Source of the DNA: Callorhinchus milii
Taxonomy: Eukaryota
Length of the DNA: 64,000 nucleotides
NCBI RefSeq assembly: GCF_018977255.1
Contig: NW_024704743.1
Location: 101,496,001-101,560,000, forward strand
Direction: 5' to 3'
The notes under the pieces: model-generated
What the model was told of the DNA's origin: nothing
Databases searched by the model: none
What the model saw: only the letters and a program-made list of their open reading frames with translations
In this document: positions 11,320 through 24,289 of the stretch, piece by piece
How the letters are laid out: the number at the start of each line of letters is the position of its first letter
How positions within the stretch are numbered: position 1 is the stretch's first letter
Program-made: the position numbers and the translations under genes

Positions 11320-12088
11320 GGTGGAATTTTGTGGTTATCATGTGAAAACTGATGTTTTCAAAGACCACATCAGGAAGCTGAAAAAGAAAGTGAAATCCAG
11401 AAACTGTGTCCTCCAGAAACTGACCAACACAAAATACTCTGAACAACGTGTTTCATCTTGTGTTACTGAACTGTGGCGTACTGTGCCCCTGTATGGCTCA
11501 ATTTATGCACACAGTATTGATACTGAACTCAATCCATCATAGGGACATTCAAACTGACTCCCACAATGTCTCTTTACTGTCTTGAAGGGATTGCATCACC
11601 ATCAGCGAGGTGGCATGCCTTCAGTAAAAAGGAGAGTCAGAAAACAGGTATATGATCCTAGACACCCACTACATGGACACATTCCACAACCCAAAAGGCT
11701 GAAGTCCAGAAAGAGCTTGGCCTCTGAAAATCGCTTACCCCAAAATACCACTGTGGAAAGCTACAGAGTAATAAATGGCAGGAAATACCAATGATTTGGG
11801 GGAACCTGGTTCCTTCAGAGCAATTCCCTCCAGGCTTTAATCTCAAACAAAAATACTGGTGTACCCTGGATGGAGCAGGAGCTAGGATGGTAAAGACTGG
11901 TGACAATATGACCAAGTGGAAGCTGAGAAATGACCCTAGATGTGAATGTAGAGAGCCTAGACAAACATGTGAGCACTGCCTGGTACAGTGTCTCCTGTCA
12001 ACATCCTGTACTGCGAGGAACTAATCAAGATAAATGACAACACCAGATTCTGGCTGCGATTTTGCAGCAACAAGCTATGATGATGATG
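11320..12088 (+). mobile_element. Vingi/Ingi-like non-LTR retrotransposon 3' fragment, degenerate
   Basis: Peptides FKDHIRKLKKKVKSRNCVLQKL, HPLHGH..RLKSRKS and PPGFNLKQKYWCTL..KWKLRNDPRCEC..QTCEHCLVQC (CCHC-like); (TGA)n tail. Confidence 0.65.
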
Positions 12089-12739
12089 TTATGTAAACCT
12101 TGTTGAGGTTTTAATGTTATCGTTCAATAATAATAATAATCCTTGCATTTGAAATAGTGCCTTTCAGATTAGGAAAGCATCTCAAAGCGCTTCACAAGAT
12201 CACACTTCTATTGTAAAATGTGTATTTGGTAGGTGAAAATGGCAGCCAATTGCAATGGCCCACAAACAGCCAGGAAGTGATTCACTATTATCATATTGTG
12301 ACATATAATAGCCTGAAAAAGACACCAAAAGATCTCAGTATCATTTGCATTCTTTTTTTAACATGTGTAAAAAGAGCTTATTGTTCAGAACAATATGAGG
12401 AAGGGATGATTGACAGTCTATGACCACATTTGGAACAACAACAACAACAACAAGATTCCATTTATAAAGCGCCTTTCACGTCAGGAGGACGTCCCAAGTC
12501 CAGTGCAGCTAGCACAGATGCTTACAGGTCTGAGTGAGTGGGCAGGCATTCTAAGATCATAATACAGCATGAAATGACATATTGGTCCATCAAACTCTCC
12601 TCCTGCTTGCACAGTGGATACCAAACTTATTGCTAACTTCACCACAATCCTTCTATCTGGTTTGGGAATGTTCTGCAAAGGCACACTGTGATATTCAACA
12701 GTAATGAAGCCAAAATCTAGAATATTGTTCCATCCCTAC

Positions 12740-13025
12740 ATCCAGTTAAAGGTCCCATGGCACTGTTTGGAAAGAGAAGGGAGTTTCTCCCAGTGTCATG
12801 GCCAGCAATCCCCCAAATAAAATTGGTCACTCACTTCATGGCTGGTGTGCAAATTGTCTGCCACATTTTCCTATAAAATAGGACATTGCTCTGTGCAAAT
12901 TGGCTGCTACGTTTGCCTACAAAATACAAAGTCACAACACTTTACAGTAAATCTTGCAAAGCACTTTGAGAAATCCTCCTGACATGAAAAGAGCTATATC
13001 AAATGCAAAAAATATGATTATTATA
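12740..13025 (+). mobile_element. SacSINE1-like DeuSINE fragment
   Basis: taaaggtcccatggcactgtttg..gggagtttctcccagtgtc, Deu core and tail. Confidence 0.75.
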
Positions 13026-14578
13026 TTATTAATATTTTTACCTCCACTATTGAAACTTATCCTTTCCTTCCAATACAACATTCTGCCCTCCCTTCCCTCA
13101 AATCAGCACAGAAAATATGTCCCTAGGAGTAATTGTCACCACCGTCCGTACTACCCTATATCGGCTATACTGATTACAAGCGGACACCAATTATTTTATG
13201 TGGAGTTAGTCAAATGAGCTCCAATTGTTTTGGGGAAATCTGCAGCACACGTTCTACACATCTGCGTCTACAGGTTCGCTACACTGGATGTCTGCAAGGA
13301 AAACAATTAAACTCCAGTCCTGCCTGATGCTTTTAATTTTTCAGCTGCTATATTCAACAGTTCAAGTCAAATAGATGCGTACATTTATCTCATCCATGCC
13401 TCTCAGCATTTTGAAGACTTGGCTCATGTTGTCCCATGTTCTTCCTTTCTCTATACTGAGAGCTCAGCAAGCATCTCCTCGGAACCTATATCCTGGAATC
13501 ACCTTCTTGGCCTTTCCATTACTGAAGCAGAGGTTTTGAACTCGAGGGGAGGTGACGGCTACAGGAAGAGAATGCAGTGAAAGAGAAGCAGTAAAGGAGA
13601 ATGCATCTATTTCATAAACTGCTTCTGTACAGCTGAGTGTTGTTTGACTTAATAATTCATTTTATATAACAATATAGACAGAGTGAGCTAACCGGCTGAG
13701 GGATATCTGGAGAAAATGTTGTATTCCAGCAGAATAGGTACTTGATGGATCATAGAAGATCTGACACCTGGCCGATGCTCTGCATTCTGTGTTGTTAATC
13801 TAATGGGAGATCCCCTTCCCCCAACCCACTTTCTGTATTAAACGTAGGAGCTGGTAATGCTGGACCTTGAAACCAGGTCAAACTGATCCTCTGAAAAACC
13901 GTGGAGGTTGAGAAGTGTATAGCAGTATCAGCAATTCACTCATTGCCATACAAAGTTATCTCTACTGACAGTAGTATCTATTTACCCAGTACATTTGGAA
14001 GGAATTATTCAAGGCTTATGCAACGAGAGCACATCATGTACTGCACTAACAACCCCAAACAAACTGAGCTAAGAATGTGAATAGAAATATTAACAATTTA
14101 TGGAATGCAAATTAAAGTGCAGACTTAAAACAACTGATTTGTGTCTTAACTCTTCCTAAACCAAAATCTCTCATGGCATTGATGTTGCCTATGAAAATAA
14201 TACATAGAAAGTGCTTGATGACCAAATTAAAATCACATCCAGATTTGTTTCCTCCAGGAAGGCTGAGATTGATAAATATCAGTTCTCGAGGTTGGAACCT
14301 GAGGTTTGCCTGGTGCTATCTTGAAGATGACCAGAAACAGGTAGATGATGTGATTAAACATCATGTAGGTGAATAATACTCTCCAGAATTAGGCAATGAG
14401 GGTGTGTCCCTCCTGGGAGAGAGTGTACATTCCATTCCATACATAGGAAAATCTCCATGTGTAGATGGTGTACAATTGTGGAAGTCTCAGTATGGCTTGG
14501 ATGCTCTTAAGAAAGATGATGGGTTTGTGCATGTGTCAGACACCTGGCTGACAAATAAAAAGTGTTGATCACTTGAAC

Positions 14579-14645
14579 CAGCGTGGTACAACTGGTGGGC
14601 CTTGGGCCACATCCAGCCCCAACGATTTTATCTGGCCTGAGACCT
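14579..14645 (+). mobile_element. Possible hAT-type transposon end
   Basis: cagcgtggtacaactggtgggccttgggccacatccagccc resembles hAT/Charlie subterminal motifs. The opposite TIR was not found. Confidence 0.3.
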
Positions 14646-14864
14646 TTTCCAACATTTCAACTTCTGCTTCTTCCCTTCCCATCTTCTCAGCGCAGCAACA
14701 GGAGCCAGAAATTGGGAGGACACAGCGTAGAGAGTAAAAATAATGCCGGTCGTTGCTGCAGTCTGCACCCAAGCTGAGGGGAAGGCAAGTGGGTCTCCTT
14801 ATCCACTGCATCCTTAGCAACCATAGAATCCTGCTGCTGCAGATTGTGAGCCACGTGGCTGATG

Positions 14865-15540
14865 AGGAGAGAGAGAGGGGGAGTGCGAGGTTGGGGGGTG
14901 GTAGAGAGGAGAGGGAGAGAAGATAGAGGGGGAGAGAGGAGAGAGAGAGTATGTATGGGAGACAGAGGTAAGAAAGGGGGAGTGTGAGAGAGTGTGTGTG
15001 AGAGGGGGGAGAGAGAGATTGATAGAGAGAGAGAGAAGAGCGAGTGTGAGAGGGGGAGTGCGAGAGGGGAAGAAAGAGAGAGTGGGGGAGAGAGAGAGAA
15101 GGAATGTGTGAGAGAGAGTGGGAGAGAGAGAGTATAAGTGGGGAGGAAGTGAATGTGAAGGAGTGGGGCAGAGAAAGAAACAGAGAGAGAGCGCGCGGGT
15201 GATTGAGAGAGAGTTTGAGTGGGGATAGAGAGAATGTATATGTGAGAGAGGGGGAGTGAGACAGAAAGTAATTGAGAGAGGGAGAGATTGTGTGAGAGTC
15301 AGGAGGAGAGAGGGGAAGGGGAAAGAGTGATTGAGAAGGGGAGGGAGGTGGAGTGCGAGAGGAAAGAGAGTGTGAGAGGTTGTGAGAAGGGGAGTGACAG
15401 AGTAATTGAGAGAGTGAGAGAATAGGAGAGTGTGTGAAACAGTGCATGAGAGAGGTGGGGGGGGTAGAGAGAGAGTGATTGAGAGAGAGCAAGAGCATGA
15501 GGGAGACGGCAGAAAGAGTGAGAGCAGAGAGAAAGGAGAA
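14865..15540. repeat. GA/GT-rich low-complexity polypurine tract
   Basis: Degenerate (GA)n sequence; source of the spurious Leu/Ser-rich ORFs. Confidence 0.95.
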
Positions 15541-16109
15541 GTGTTACATGGTTCACTGTCAGGACAGACAATCGGAGCTTCCCTCCGCCACCTCTTTCCC
15601 CAGTGAGAATCTCCTCTACATCCTTCATTCCACCTTCCTCCCCACCCAACCTCCCTTTGCCCAGGCATTCCCTTTGCAGAGCAACGCCAGTTGGCTTCAT
15701 GTCCCCCCCCACCCCATCTGCCTCACCTTCGCCATTTTACCCCCGCTCTCTGGAGTTCCAGTCCTGGAGTCCCTCCACCTCCCTTCCTCCCCTCATGAGT
15801 TTTGGCAGTGCAAACCTATTAATGTTCCAAGCGTTACCAATTTACCAATCTTTTGTAGCAGTTTTTCAAGACGCTTTTCTGGACAGAAAGGCACCAGAAG
15901 CATTGCCATTTTACTATTCAATGCTATTGAATAGAAAAGCACTTATTAGAATAAAGCAACACTGGTTAAAATGTACGCATCAAGTGTCTCATGATATTCT
16001 TACACAATGGAGTCCTTCTTGTAAACCAAGGGCAAACATTTCAGCAATTGTGCTGTAAGAGTTCCAGTCAATATTTGCTTTAGTGTAGCTTTGGGCTTCT
16101 GTCACTTAC

Positions 16110-16146
16110 CTGTTTACCAATATTAACAAGGGTTATGTGAGGGGGT
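16110..16146 (-). CDS. Putative small exon (PPHITLVNIGKQ)
   Basis: Acceptor tgttctccag|A and consensus donor CAG|gtaagt; only one frame is open. Confidence 0.45.
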
Positions 16147-17726
16147 CTGGAGAACACTCAGAGGGCAACCCCAAGCCATTTATGCTATTGAGGCAATAGC
16201 AGTTTGATTTTTTCCTCACTGCCGACAGAACCTGGTCAATGGCATTCATGTGGCTGTAATCCAGCCAGTCATGTTTCAGATTTAAACATTGAGAACAGCT
16301 ATAAGTGATTGCTGTGGACTGAATTATACTTTGAAGCTATTATACCTTGTTTTCTATTATTGACCACTTGAGTATATGTTTTCCCCCTTCATTTTTGACC
16401 TGACCGTTCTTCCATGTCTGTCATGGGACAAATCTTGAGGCTATGTACAGAGGAATATTAAGCCTTTCCCGTGACTCTTGAGATTTTGCTCAGATGTGGG
16501 GTGAGAGTATCCTGGAACAATTTTCCACTTAACCATCCTCACTCCCTCTCTAAAGCTCCCACCTTCCGTAGACATTGTGTGGACTGCCAATGCTTTGTGC
16601 CTCCCCATGACCTCGCCATAAATAATAACAATCTTTGCATTTGATATAGAGCCTTTCAAGTCAGGAGTGGGTCTCAAAGCGCTTCATAGGATTCAATGTA
16701 AAGTGATTGCAATAATAAAAAATATTATTATGATTGTATTTTGTAAGCCTGTTTGTGCACAGCAATGTCCCACGAATAGCCTTGAGGTGAATGACTGCTC
16801 ACTTTCAGAGTAAGAACTCAACTACAACGTGACCTGAATCATGTCAAACAGAAATAACATATATTTAAAATAATAGCAACGACTTTCATACATTACAGAC
16901 AAAGAAAAACAGTTTGTCTGTCTCACACGGAGGCATTTGAAGTATGGTCTAATTTCCTTTGTGAGGTCCCATTAAAAGTATGAAGCAGTGCAGTTCCTGT
17001 CAAAATACCTTTTTTGAAAGCTAACTTCTCATAAACATTTGACAGATTTTGAAACATGTATCAAACTTTGTGTCAGCCTGTGCTTGGCTCTAACAAGAGG
17101 GCGATTCACTTTTGGTTGATTGTGAATAGAAAGGGAGTGTTGTTTTGTGTTTCACTGGGGGGGAGGGCTTGGCTGCCTCCACTGCAAACACTAACAGTTC
17201 AGCCAGACACCCAAAATGCTTAGAACACTGGAATGCTGTTCTCAGGCCGCACAGAACAACACAAAAGGTGAAGTTTATGTGAGAGAAATGAAACACGCAC
17301 ACGACAGAAGCTAATGTCCATCAGGTCTGTATTACATACTATCTTGAAGCCGATTCACCACACAGCCATGTTACTGTACAATGACTGATGAGGTGGATTG
17401 AGAGTCCTGCTTGGTATAATAATGCCACTGATCTGCAACACTTAGTTCCCCAAACAAGTCAGAAACAAGTCATGAATCGAACCCTCTCTGCTTTCAGAAT
17501 TTCTGTTTTAGATAATGTGCATTACAACATTATTAGTGGTACGCAAAGCATTAATGGCATGTATTCCTTTCAATACTTCATTGTCACATGTGTGAAAATT
17601 ACATTTAATATTGATAAAACTTGATATCTTCTTTAGCAAATTATAATCTGTTGTGTTTCTTAACGGGATTCCCTATTGATGACTGATTTGGAAATGAGTT
17701 GCCCTTCTGACAACTAGTTACATAGT

Positions 17727-18162
17727 GATGATGATGATAATAATAATAAAACTTATATCTGATACTGCATCTTTCACATCGGACAATGTCTCAAAGCACT
17801 TCACAGGATTCACTGTAAAGTGTAGTGACTGTGTGTTTTGTAGGCAACTGCGGCAGCCAATTTGCACATTAAATATCCCCAAACAGCAATGAAGAAAATG
17901 AACAATATTATCTGGAGTATCGTTTGCCAGGACAGTGAGAAAAACTCCCTTCTCTTTCTGACTAGTGCCACGAGATCTTTAACATCCACCTGAACAGGCA
18001 GACAGGATCCCAATTTAACATTTTATCCAAAAGACGGCTCTTACAACAATGCAACGCTCCCCACAGTTAGCCTAGACTGTGAGTTCAAAGTCTCAGTGTG
18101 GGGCTTGAACCCACAGACTTCTGACTCTCGTGAGAGTGAAACCAACTGAGCCAGGCTGACAC
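17727..18162 (-). mobile_element. Full-length SacSINE1-like tRNA-derived DeuSINE
   Basis: Head gtgtcagcctggctcagttgg..gagtcagaagtctgtgggttcaagcccc (A/B boxes), Deu core, L2-like tail. Confidence 0.85.
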
Positions 18163-19457
18163 CTGATGCATTTCCAGAGCAGAGTTCCTGCAGTCCAGCA
18201 TGACATATTTCCAGATACTGGAAGGCATTCCAAATTTGCAACACAGTGTTATTATTGAGGATTCCTGCTTATTCCTGTTAAGGAATATCAGAAATGTAGA
18301 CCTACCAGTATACACTGTATGGATTACTTGATGTACATCTGTGGACAGAAACATGCCTTAAAACAAATGCTCCAAGATGCCATCTGGCGTGAAGGGCACT
18401 ATATAAATGCAAATTGTTGTTGTTGTTAATTTATTTGTTATGCCATTGACAACATGCTTTCCAGGAAGAAAAACTTGTTTTCTGTTCCTACTGAATGCTA
18501 TTTCTTTGGCACATAATTCAGTCCCCCCCACCCCCCCCACTCCCTTACCCTTTCACACATAGGCAGAACATAGTCCTCTGTGATATTGTGAAGTGAAAAT
18601 GGACAGAATAGAGTCAGCTCTTCAGATCTGTGAGATAAGTGTTTTAATGAGCACTTCAGATAAGTGCATCTTAGGTACTTCATCTTTTTTAATGTAAACA
18701 TCTTCAGCAGATTAATTGGAGCTAACATTTGCAAGTTCTCATAGGCGACTGGCTCATGTCGCAGTGAAAGTGATGATTGTTTACCATTAAGTAAATGATG
18801 TCAAAACATTGTAAGGACTATGTGGAAAGTACTATGATCAGCTGCTGCCCCCTGTTCTTCTTTATTTGAAAAGTCTTTGTCTATATACAACTGATGTGGA
18901 AGGATTCCACATCAATGATTTGAAATACACCCAGAAGATTTGCACTGATTTGCTTCAACTCCAGTTAATCATTTGACACAGATAGATGCAATGTAATGGC
19001 AGTAAACAGCAGTCACTATGCTTCAAAGTAACTCATTGTGTGAAGCACTTTAGGAACCCCCCCCACCCACCCACATGACAAAGCAGTGCATCAGACACAA
19101 GAATTATTTGATTCTTAAAGTTTCGCAGGATTTTGTTCTCCAGTATCTGACAACATAGCGGATATTATTGAAATTATAGCTGACAGGAGTTGAACTAACT
19201 TGATACTTTATCAATAAAGACTCAACATTCCCATCTTTTTGTGAAGCATCTACCTGCTAAAATTCCCATTAACTTTGGTTTGTGGAAAACAAGCGGCCTC
19301 TCAGATGTCTCAGTCACTCTAACAGTGACGAGCTGAGCCGTCCAGGTTAGGAAGCTCCGAGAATCAATGGCTGTTTTTTTGGTGGGTAAGCTGATCTCAG
19401 CCAGGACATCAGTAATGGCACTGCAAATGGCCTCAGCATCCCGATACCAATCAATTA

Positions 19458-19903
19458 CAGTCAAACCTATCTTCAATAACCACTTGGGGGACTGGGCCAA
19501 AGTGCCTTTATATAAGGGTGGCTTCTGAGTAAGAGTTTGTGGGCATGTGTAGAATTTCTAAGTGTATACGTGAATAGAAAATTACAGTGCACATACAAAC
19601 CCATAAATTAAATTAATTTGAATTAAGTGCAATTTTTGAGTTCTACAGGGCTTTCGCTTACTGTAATGAGAAGTTTCAGACACGAGAAGAGAGGTGAAGA
19701 GCTGAGAGAATTGGCTGCTGAAAAAGGTGTTACTACAAAGGCTTCGGGTGTAAACTGCATAACAAAGAGTGGCTGCTGGTTATGTTAAACAGGTTGCTGA
19801 ATAAAGATGATTTATTATGCAAAGTATGTCTGGTCTGTCCCAGGATGGTTGTTAATAGAGGCTCGTTGCTGAATGGAAGTGGTTACTTGAACAGGTTTGA
19901 CTG
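19458..19903. mobile_element. Tc1/mariner (Tigger/pogo-like) MITE
   Basis: TIRs CAGTCAAACCTATCTTCAATAACCACTT and (rc) CAGTCAAACCTGTTCAAGTAACCACTT, flanked by TA on both sides; no transposase ORF. Confidence 0.8.
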
Positions 19904-20800
19904 TATAAAATGTGCCATTTCTTAATAGATTCAATAACACAACAAATTTCTTAAGAAACCTCTTAATGTACCCCATCCTGAAACACTGCAATTCAAAGGA
20001 CGTTTTCTCTGTTGGAAACTACATAAAAATGTCTTACAAAGTTCATATTTATTTTTCATAGTCAGTCTTTATTTGGAAAGAGAATGCAGTAAAGTATCAG
20101 ATTTACTGCACAGATGATAATGTTACATCAGTGAAATATAAAGCCATATTTTCCCTGGCACATCGTTTCCAGAATTAACATTCAATGGTACTATTTTCAC
20201 ATTATTGCTTATTTTGTAACTGCTAATCTGCCTGTAACAATCAGGAGATTTTTTACAGAATTATTCCAATTCCAAATACGGGTATTGCAGAACACTTTAA
20301 TTTTATCTTCTTCCCTTTAGCTGCAAAGATAGGGATGGAGAACAAATATTTCACAGCAACCACACTGTAAATAATAATATAATACCGATCCTTGCATTTG
20401 ATATAGCGCCTTATCACGTCTTGTAGACGCCTCAAAGCACTTCACAGAATATACTCACAGTGAAACCCATCGCCATACTTAAGAGTATTTAACAGTATCA
20501 AAACTGGACTGAGAGTTCCACATATGTCTGTTATGAAAATTTCCCGGTGTCTGGAATGGAACGTTCATTCTCTCGATGGTTGGATGCACCCTACTTACCT
20601 AATTCTAGAGAGGATTGGCTAATGCTTGGGAACCCCTGAGTGTGCATACTGCTGGAGTTTAATCAGCTAAAATCACGAACCAGATATAAGAGTTCTTGCA
20701 ATTCAATTTTTTTCTGCTATAACAATTCCTCACATCTTCTGTGACATCAAGAGCACAGACAACCCCTATAATATCTCTTCTTGAGGGCCTGGGAAACAAT

Positions 20801-21053
20801 GGGGTCTAAATTACAATGATGGCACAAGGAATGGGAAGTGCTAATGTGGGATCTGGAAGTTGCCAAAATGCAAACAAAAATCTGGACAGTAAAATTATGT
20901 CACTACAAAGCAAACTGACTCGCTTTTCAGTTTTTTGTTTGCACTTTGGCAACTTTCAGAAATCACTGACTTCAATTTGACTGCTTAGGTCAACCATGCA
21001 GAGTCAAATTAATCTCTTTCAATCCCTTTTGAGAATATTCTAAACTAGACCCC
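20801..21053. mobile_element. PIF/Harbinger-like MITE with internal hairpin
   Basis: TIRs GGGGTCTAAATTA and (rc) GGGGTCTAGTTTA; 3-bp TSD AAT at 20798-20800 and 21054-21056; internal inverted repeat 20852-20884/20928-20960. Confidence 0.7.
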
Positions 21054-21662
21054 AATAAACTGATTCACTTGGGAACACTCCTACCTCTGAATCAAAAAGT
21101 TGTGTGTTCAAGCCGAGTCAAAGTTTTGAGCTTAGATTATACTCCAACCCAAAGATGGGAGACCATATACACAGTGAATCTTGTGAAGTCTTTTGAGACA
21201 TTTTCAACAACATGATAAGGTGCTATATGGAATGCAAGGATTAATATTTATCCTAAGACAGTACAATGTGTCTTGATTTTACAGCTCTTAGAGTCAGTGT
21301 TGTTGGATGCCGATTGAGTTAAGTAGATATCCCATTTTTAGCAGTTCTAAAACTGTGATATCTGTTATTGGGAACAGTTATGGAGCAAATAAGTCTTTCG
21401 GCATTATCATTGCGCTGAAGTCAGGGGACAAGGTTTGATCAGTCCCATTGCTCATCTTTAGAAATACGCAGAAAAATATGGCATTTCATAACAGACATGG
21501 TAACGTGCTAGAAAACTATAAAATCTGTTATGTTACATCCTGTAGTTCGACCCATACAGACAAGCTTCCAAAATATTAGCGCTTCATTGACATATAAGAG
21601 ATGTGGGAGCATACAATAAAATTCAGACAATGTGCAGATATGTGAAATATTTATTTGTTTCT

Positions 21663-21671
21663 ATGTCAGTT

Positions 21672-21702
<31 letters not shown>

Positions 21703-22078
21703 GTGCATTCAAACCCCATGTCAGCACTTTTTTGAACTTGCATAGTTTAGGCTGAGACTCATGTGCAGTGCAGGAGTTGTCCTGCATTGTCAGCAATGTC
21801 GTTCTTCGGATGAAATGTTAAACCAAGGTCACATCTGCCTATTCAGGTGGATGTTAAAGATCCTATGGGAAAATTTGAAAAGAGAAGGGAGTTTGTTCAT
21901 TATGCTGGTGAACGATGTCCCAGATAAAATTAGTTGTTCACTTCAAAGCTCTTTGTGGGACATTGTTGTGTGTAAATTGGCTGCTGCACTTGTCTACAAA
22001 ATAGTCACTGCTCTTCACAGTAAAGCTTTTGAAAAGTCCTCCTAACATGAAAGGTGCTATATTAAATGTAAGCATTAT
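21663..22078 (+). mobile_element. SacSINE1-like DeuSINE
   Basis: cagttggtagcactcttgcctctgagtcagaaggttgtg head, Deu core and tail. Confidence 0.85.
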
Positions 22079-22584
22079 ACAATACAAAATTACATTTGTA
22101 TAGCACCTTTCATGTCGGGAGGACGTGCATTTATATAGCATCCTTCACGCGGGGTAGCATCGCGGAGCGCCTGACAGCGGTGGAGTCTGACCCTGAGCCA
22201 GGAATATATAAGAGCTCTGCTGCTAGAAAATATCAATTTTATTTTAAACGTTTTTTTTTATTTGAAGAATTTATTTTTAAATGAATTGAGAGTTGCAGCA
22301 ACCCTCAGCTGCGTGGTTCAGTCTGCTGTGACACGTCACTGTATGTTAGACACAGTCGTGCCCAGTAACTCAACTCATAGGAAGTTTCCCACAAAGAGAG
22401 GAAGTCGAACATTTCACAAGCAAAATTAGAGCTTAAAGTATTTCACTCTCAGCACTGATGCCGAAGACAGATAAAACCTGGGAAAAGACCTCTGGTCTCC
22501 CTTCTGTTGTGTTCTTTGTGGTTTACTCTTGCCCTAAGCTACGGTTCACATCTTTTAAAAAAACGTCACTGCAGCAGAACAAAT

Positions 22585-22910
22585 TAAAGCAACAAAGGGA
22601 ATTACAAGCATATCAACACTGAAAAATGTTGTTTTCAATTTGTCCGGGGTTATTAAAAACAATTACATTGACATAACCATGTTCTACGTTCTGTCCACTG
22701 GATACTGTACGTGAGTAAAAAGGAAACAGAACTGAATATGAACATCTGACCAGGAATTGCCCATTAATCAGTCATCGGGTAAAGGAAAACCTAGAGGGAA
22801 CTGACATAAAGCAACAAAGTGAATCACAAACATCAACGCTGAAAAATGTAGTTTTCAGTTTGTTTGGGATTGTTAAAAAAATTACACTGACATAACCATG
22901 TCTACGTTCA
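22585..22910 (+). repeat. ~105-bp local direct duplication (22585-22691 and 22806-22909)
   Basis: Both copies read taaagcaacaaag..aat(t/c)acaa..atcaac(a/g)ctgaaaaatgt..gttttca..ttgt..ttaaaaa..aattaca(t/c)tgacataaccatg..ctacgttc. Confidence 0.8.
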
Positions 22911-23284
22911 TAAATTATGTTGATTTAAAAACCTTATCACTTCAAACGAGGTCAATCCTAAGAAGGAAATTCTCACTGTACCAGTCCTGACATTTCTTTA
23001 AAAAAAGGTCAAATTTTAAGAATTGTTCACAATTCGACACAGTCTAATTTTTTTTAGGTAAATTAGTCTTACAGGCTAAGGCGAGGTGGAATTACACTAA
23101 TCCTTGTGATTGATCGAACGCCTTATCACATCATCGAGATGTCTGAATGTGCTTCATAGGCTATATGGTTAAGTGGTGTGACTGTGTATTTTGTGGGTGA
23201 AACTCAATAGCCAATTTGCTTACAATAATGTCACTGTCTTCTGTTCTGCAGCTCTGATCTCCTCAACCTCTATGGCCTATTCCT

Positions 23285-23996
23285 CAGACTCACCGAACCG
23301 GTGTGCAACCTAGGCATCAGGTTCAACCCACAGCTGTCCTTCCTTCCCCACATCTGGGCCCTGACCAGGACCGCCTTCCTTCACTTCCACCACATTGCCT
23401 GCCCCTGACCGTACCTTACCACAGATGCAGCCGAAAAACTTTTGTCCATGCTTTTGGCACCTCCCGACTTGACTTTTCAAATGCCCTCCTCGCCGGTTTC
23501 CCCAGCTCCACCATGTACAAAATCCAGCTGATCCAAAACTCCCCCTGTCTCACCCGTACTAAACTCCGTACCCCCATTACACCAGTTCTGGCTAGGCTTC
23601 ACTGGCTCCCTGTCGCCGAACGAATTGATTTCAAGATCCCCAAACTTGTTTACAAATCCCTACCTCTCCGACCTACTTATCCCTCAACCTGCAACCCACT
23701 GCCCACCTCAACTGGCTCCTGCTTTCTGCATGTCCCTCGTGCCTCCATTCCATCATCAGCGGCTGCACTTTCAGCCACTATGCCCCGAAATTCTGGAACA
23801 CTCTTCCTCCATCCCTCCGTCTTGTCCCTTCCTTTCCCATCTTCAAGTCGCGCTTGAAGACCTTCCCCTTTGACCGTGCCTACGGTCACCTCTCCTCCCC
23901 CCAGCTCAGCGTTGTGCTTTGTCACTTTCAAGCGCTCTAGGATGCCACGCTATGTGAGGAGTGCTATATAAATGCTGTTAAAAGTTGTTGTTGTTG
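23285..23996 (+). mobile_element. Older L2 subfamily 3' fragment
   Basis: FVHAFGTSRLDFSNALLAG and [22 protein letters not shown]; (GTT)n tail. Confidence 0.9.
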
Positions 23997-24230
23997 TCCC
24001 ATAAACAGCTATGAACTGAATGAACAATTTTATCTTGGGGATTGTCGGCCAGGAATCTGGGAGAAACTCTCTTCTCTTTTCACAAAGTACCATGGAATCT
24101 TTAATGTCCACCTGAAGGACTGTACCTCCAACAATGTAGCAGATCTCCAGTACTACACTGGAGAGTCAGCCTAGACTATGTGAGTCCAAACTCCTGATGT
24201 AAGGCTTTAACATATGACTTCTGACTCATA
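23997..24230 (-). mobile_element. SacSINE1-like fragment
   Basis: Reverse-complement match to the SINE body. Confidence 0.7.
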
Positions 24231-24289
24231 AAATGAAACATCTAGTTTAGCTCCAGTATGGGCATCAGATGGCTCAATACTCAGATATC

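Noticed and set aside
13244..13281. Terminal exon IQCSEPVDADV* on the - strand
   Set aside because: Good acceptor, but all frames stop quickly and it conflicts with the better exon pair at 7.9-8.4 kb.
14569..15712. Leu/Ser/His-rich ORFs
   Set aside because: Translations of the GA-rich low-complexity tract.
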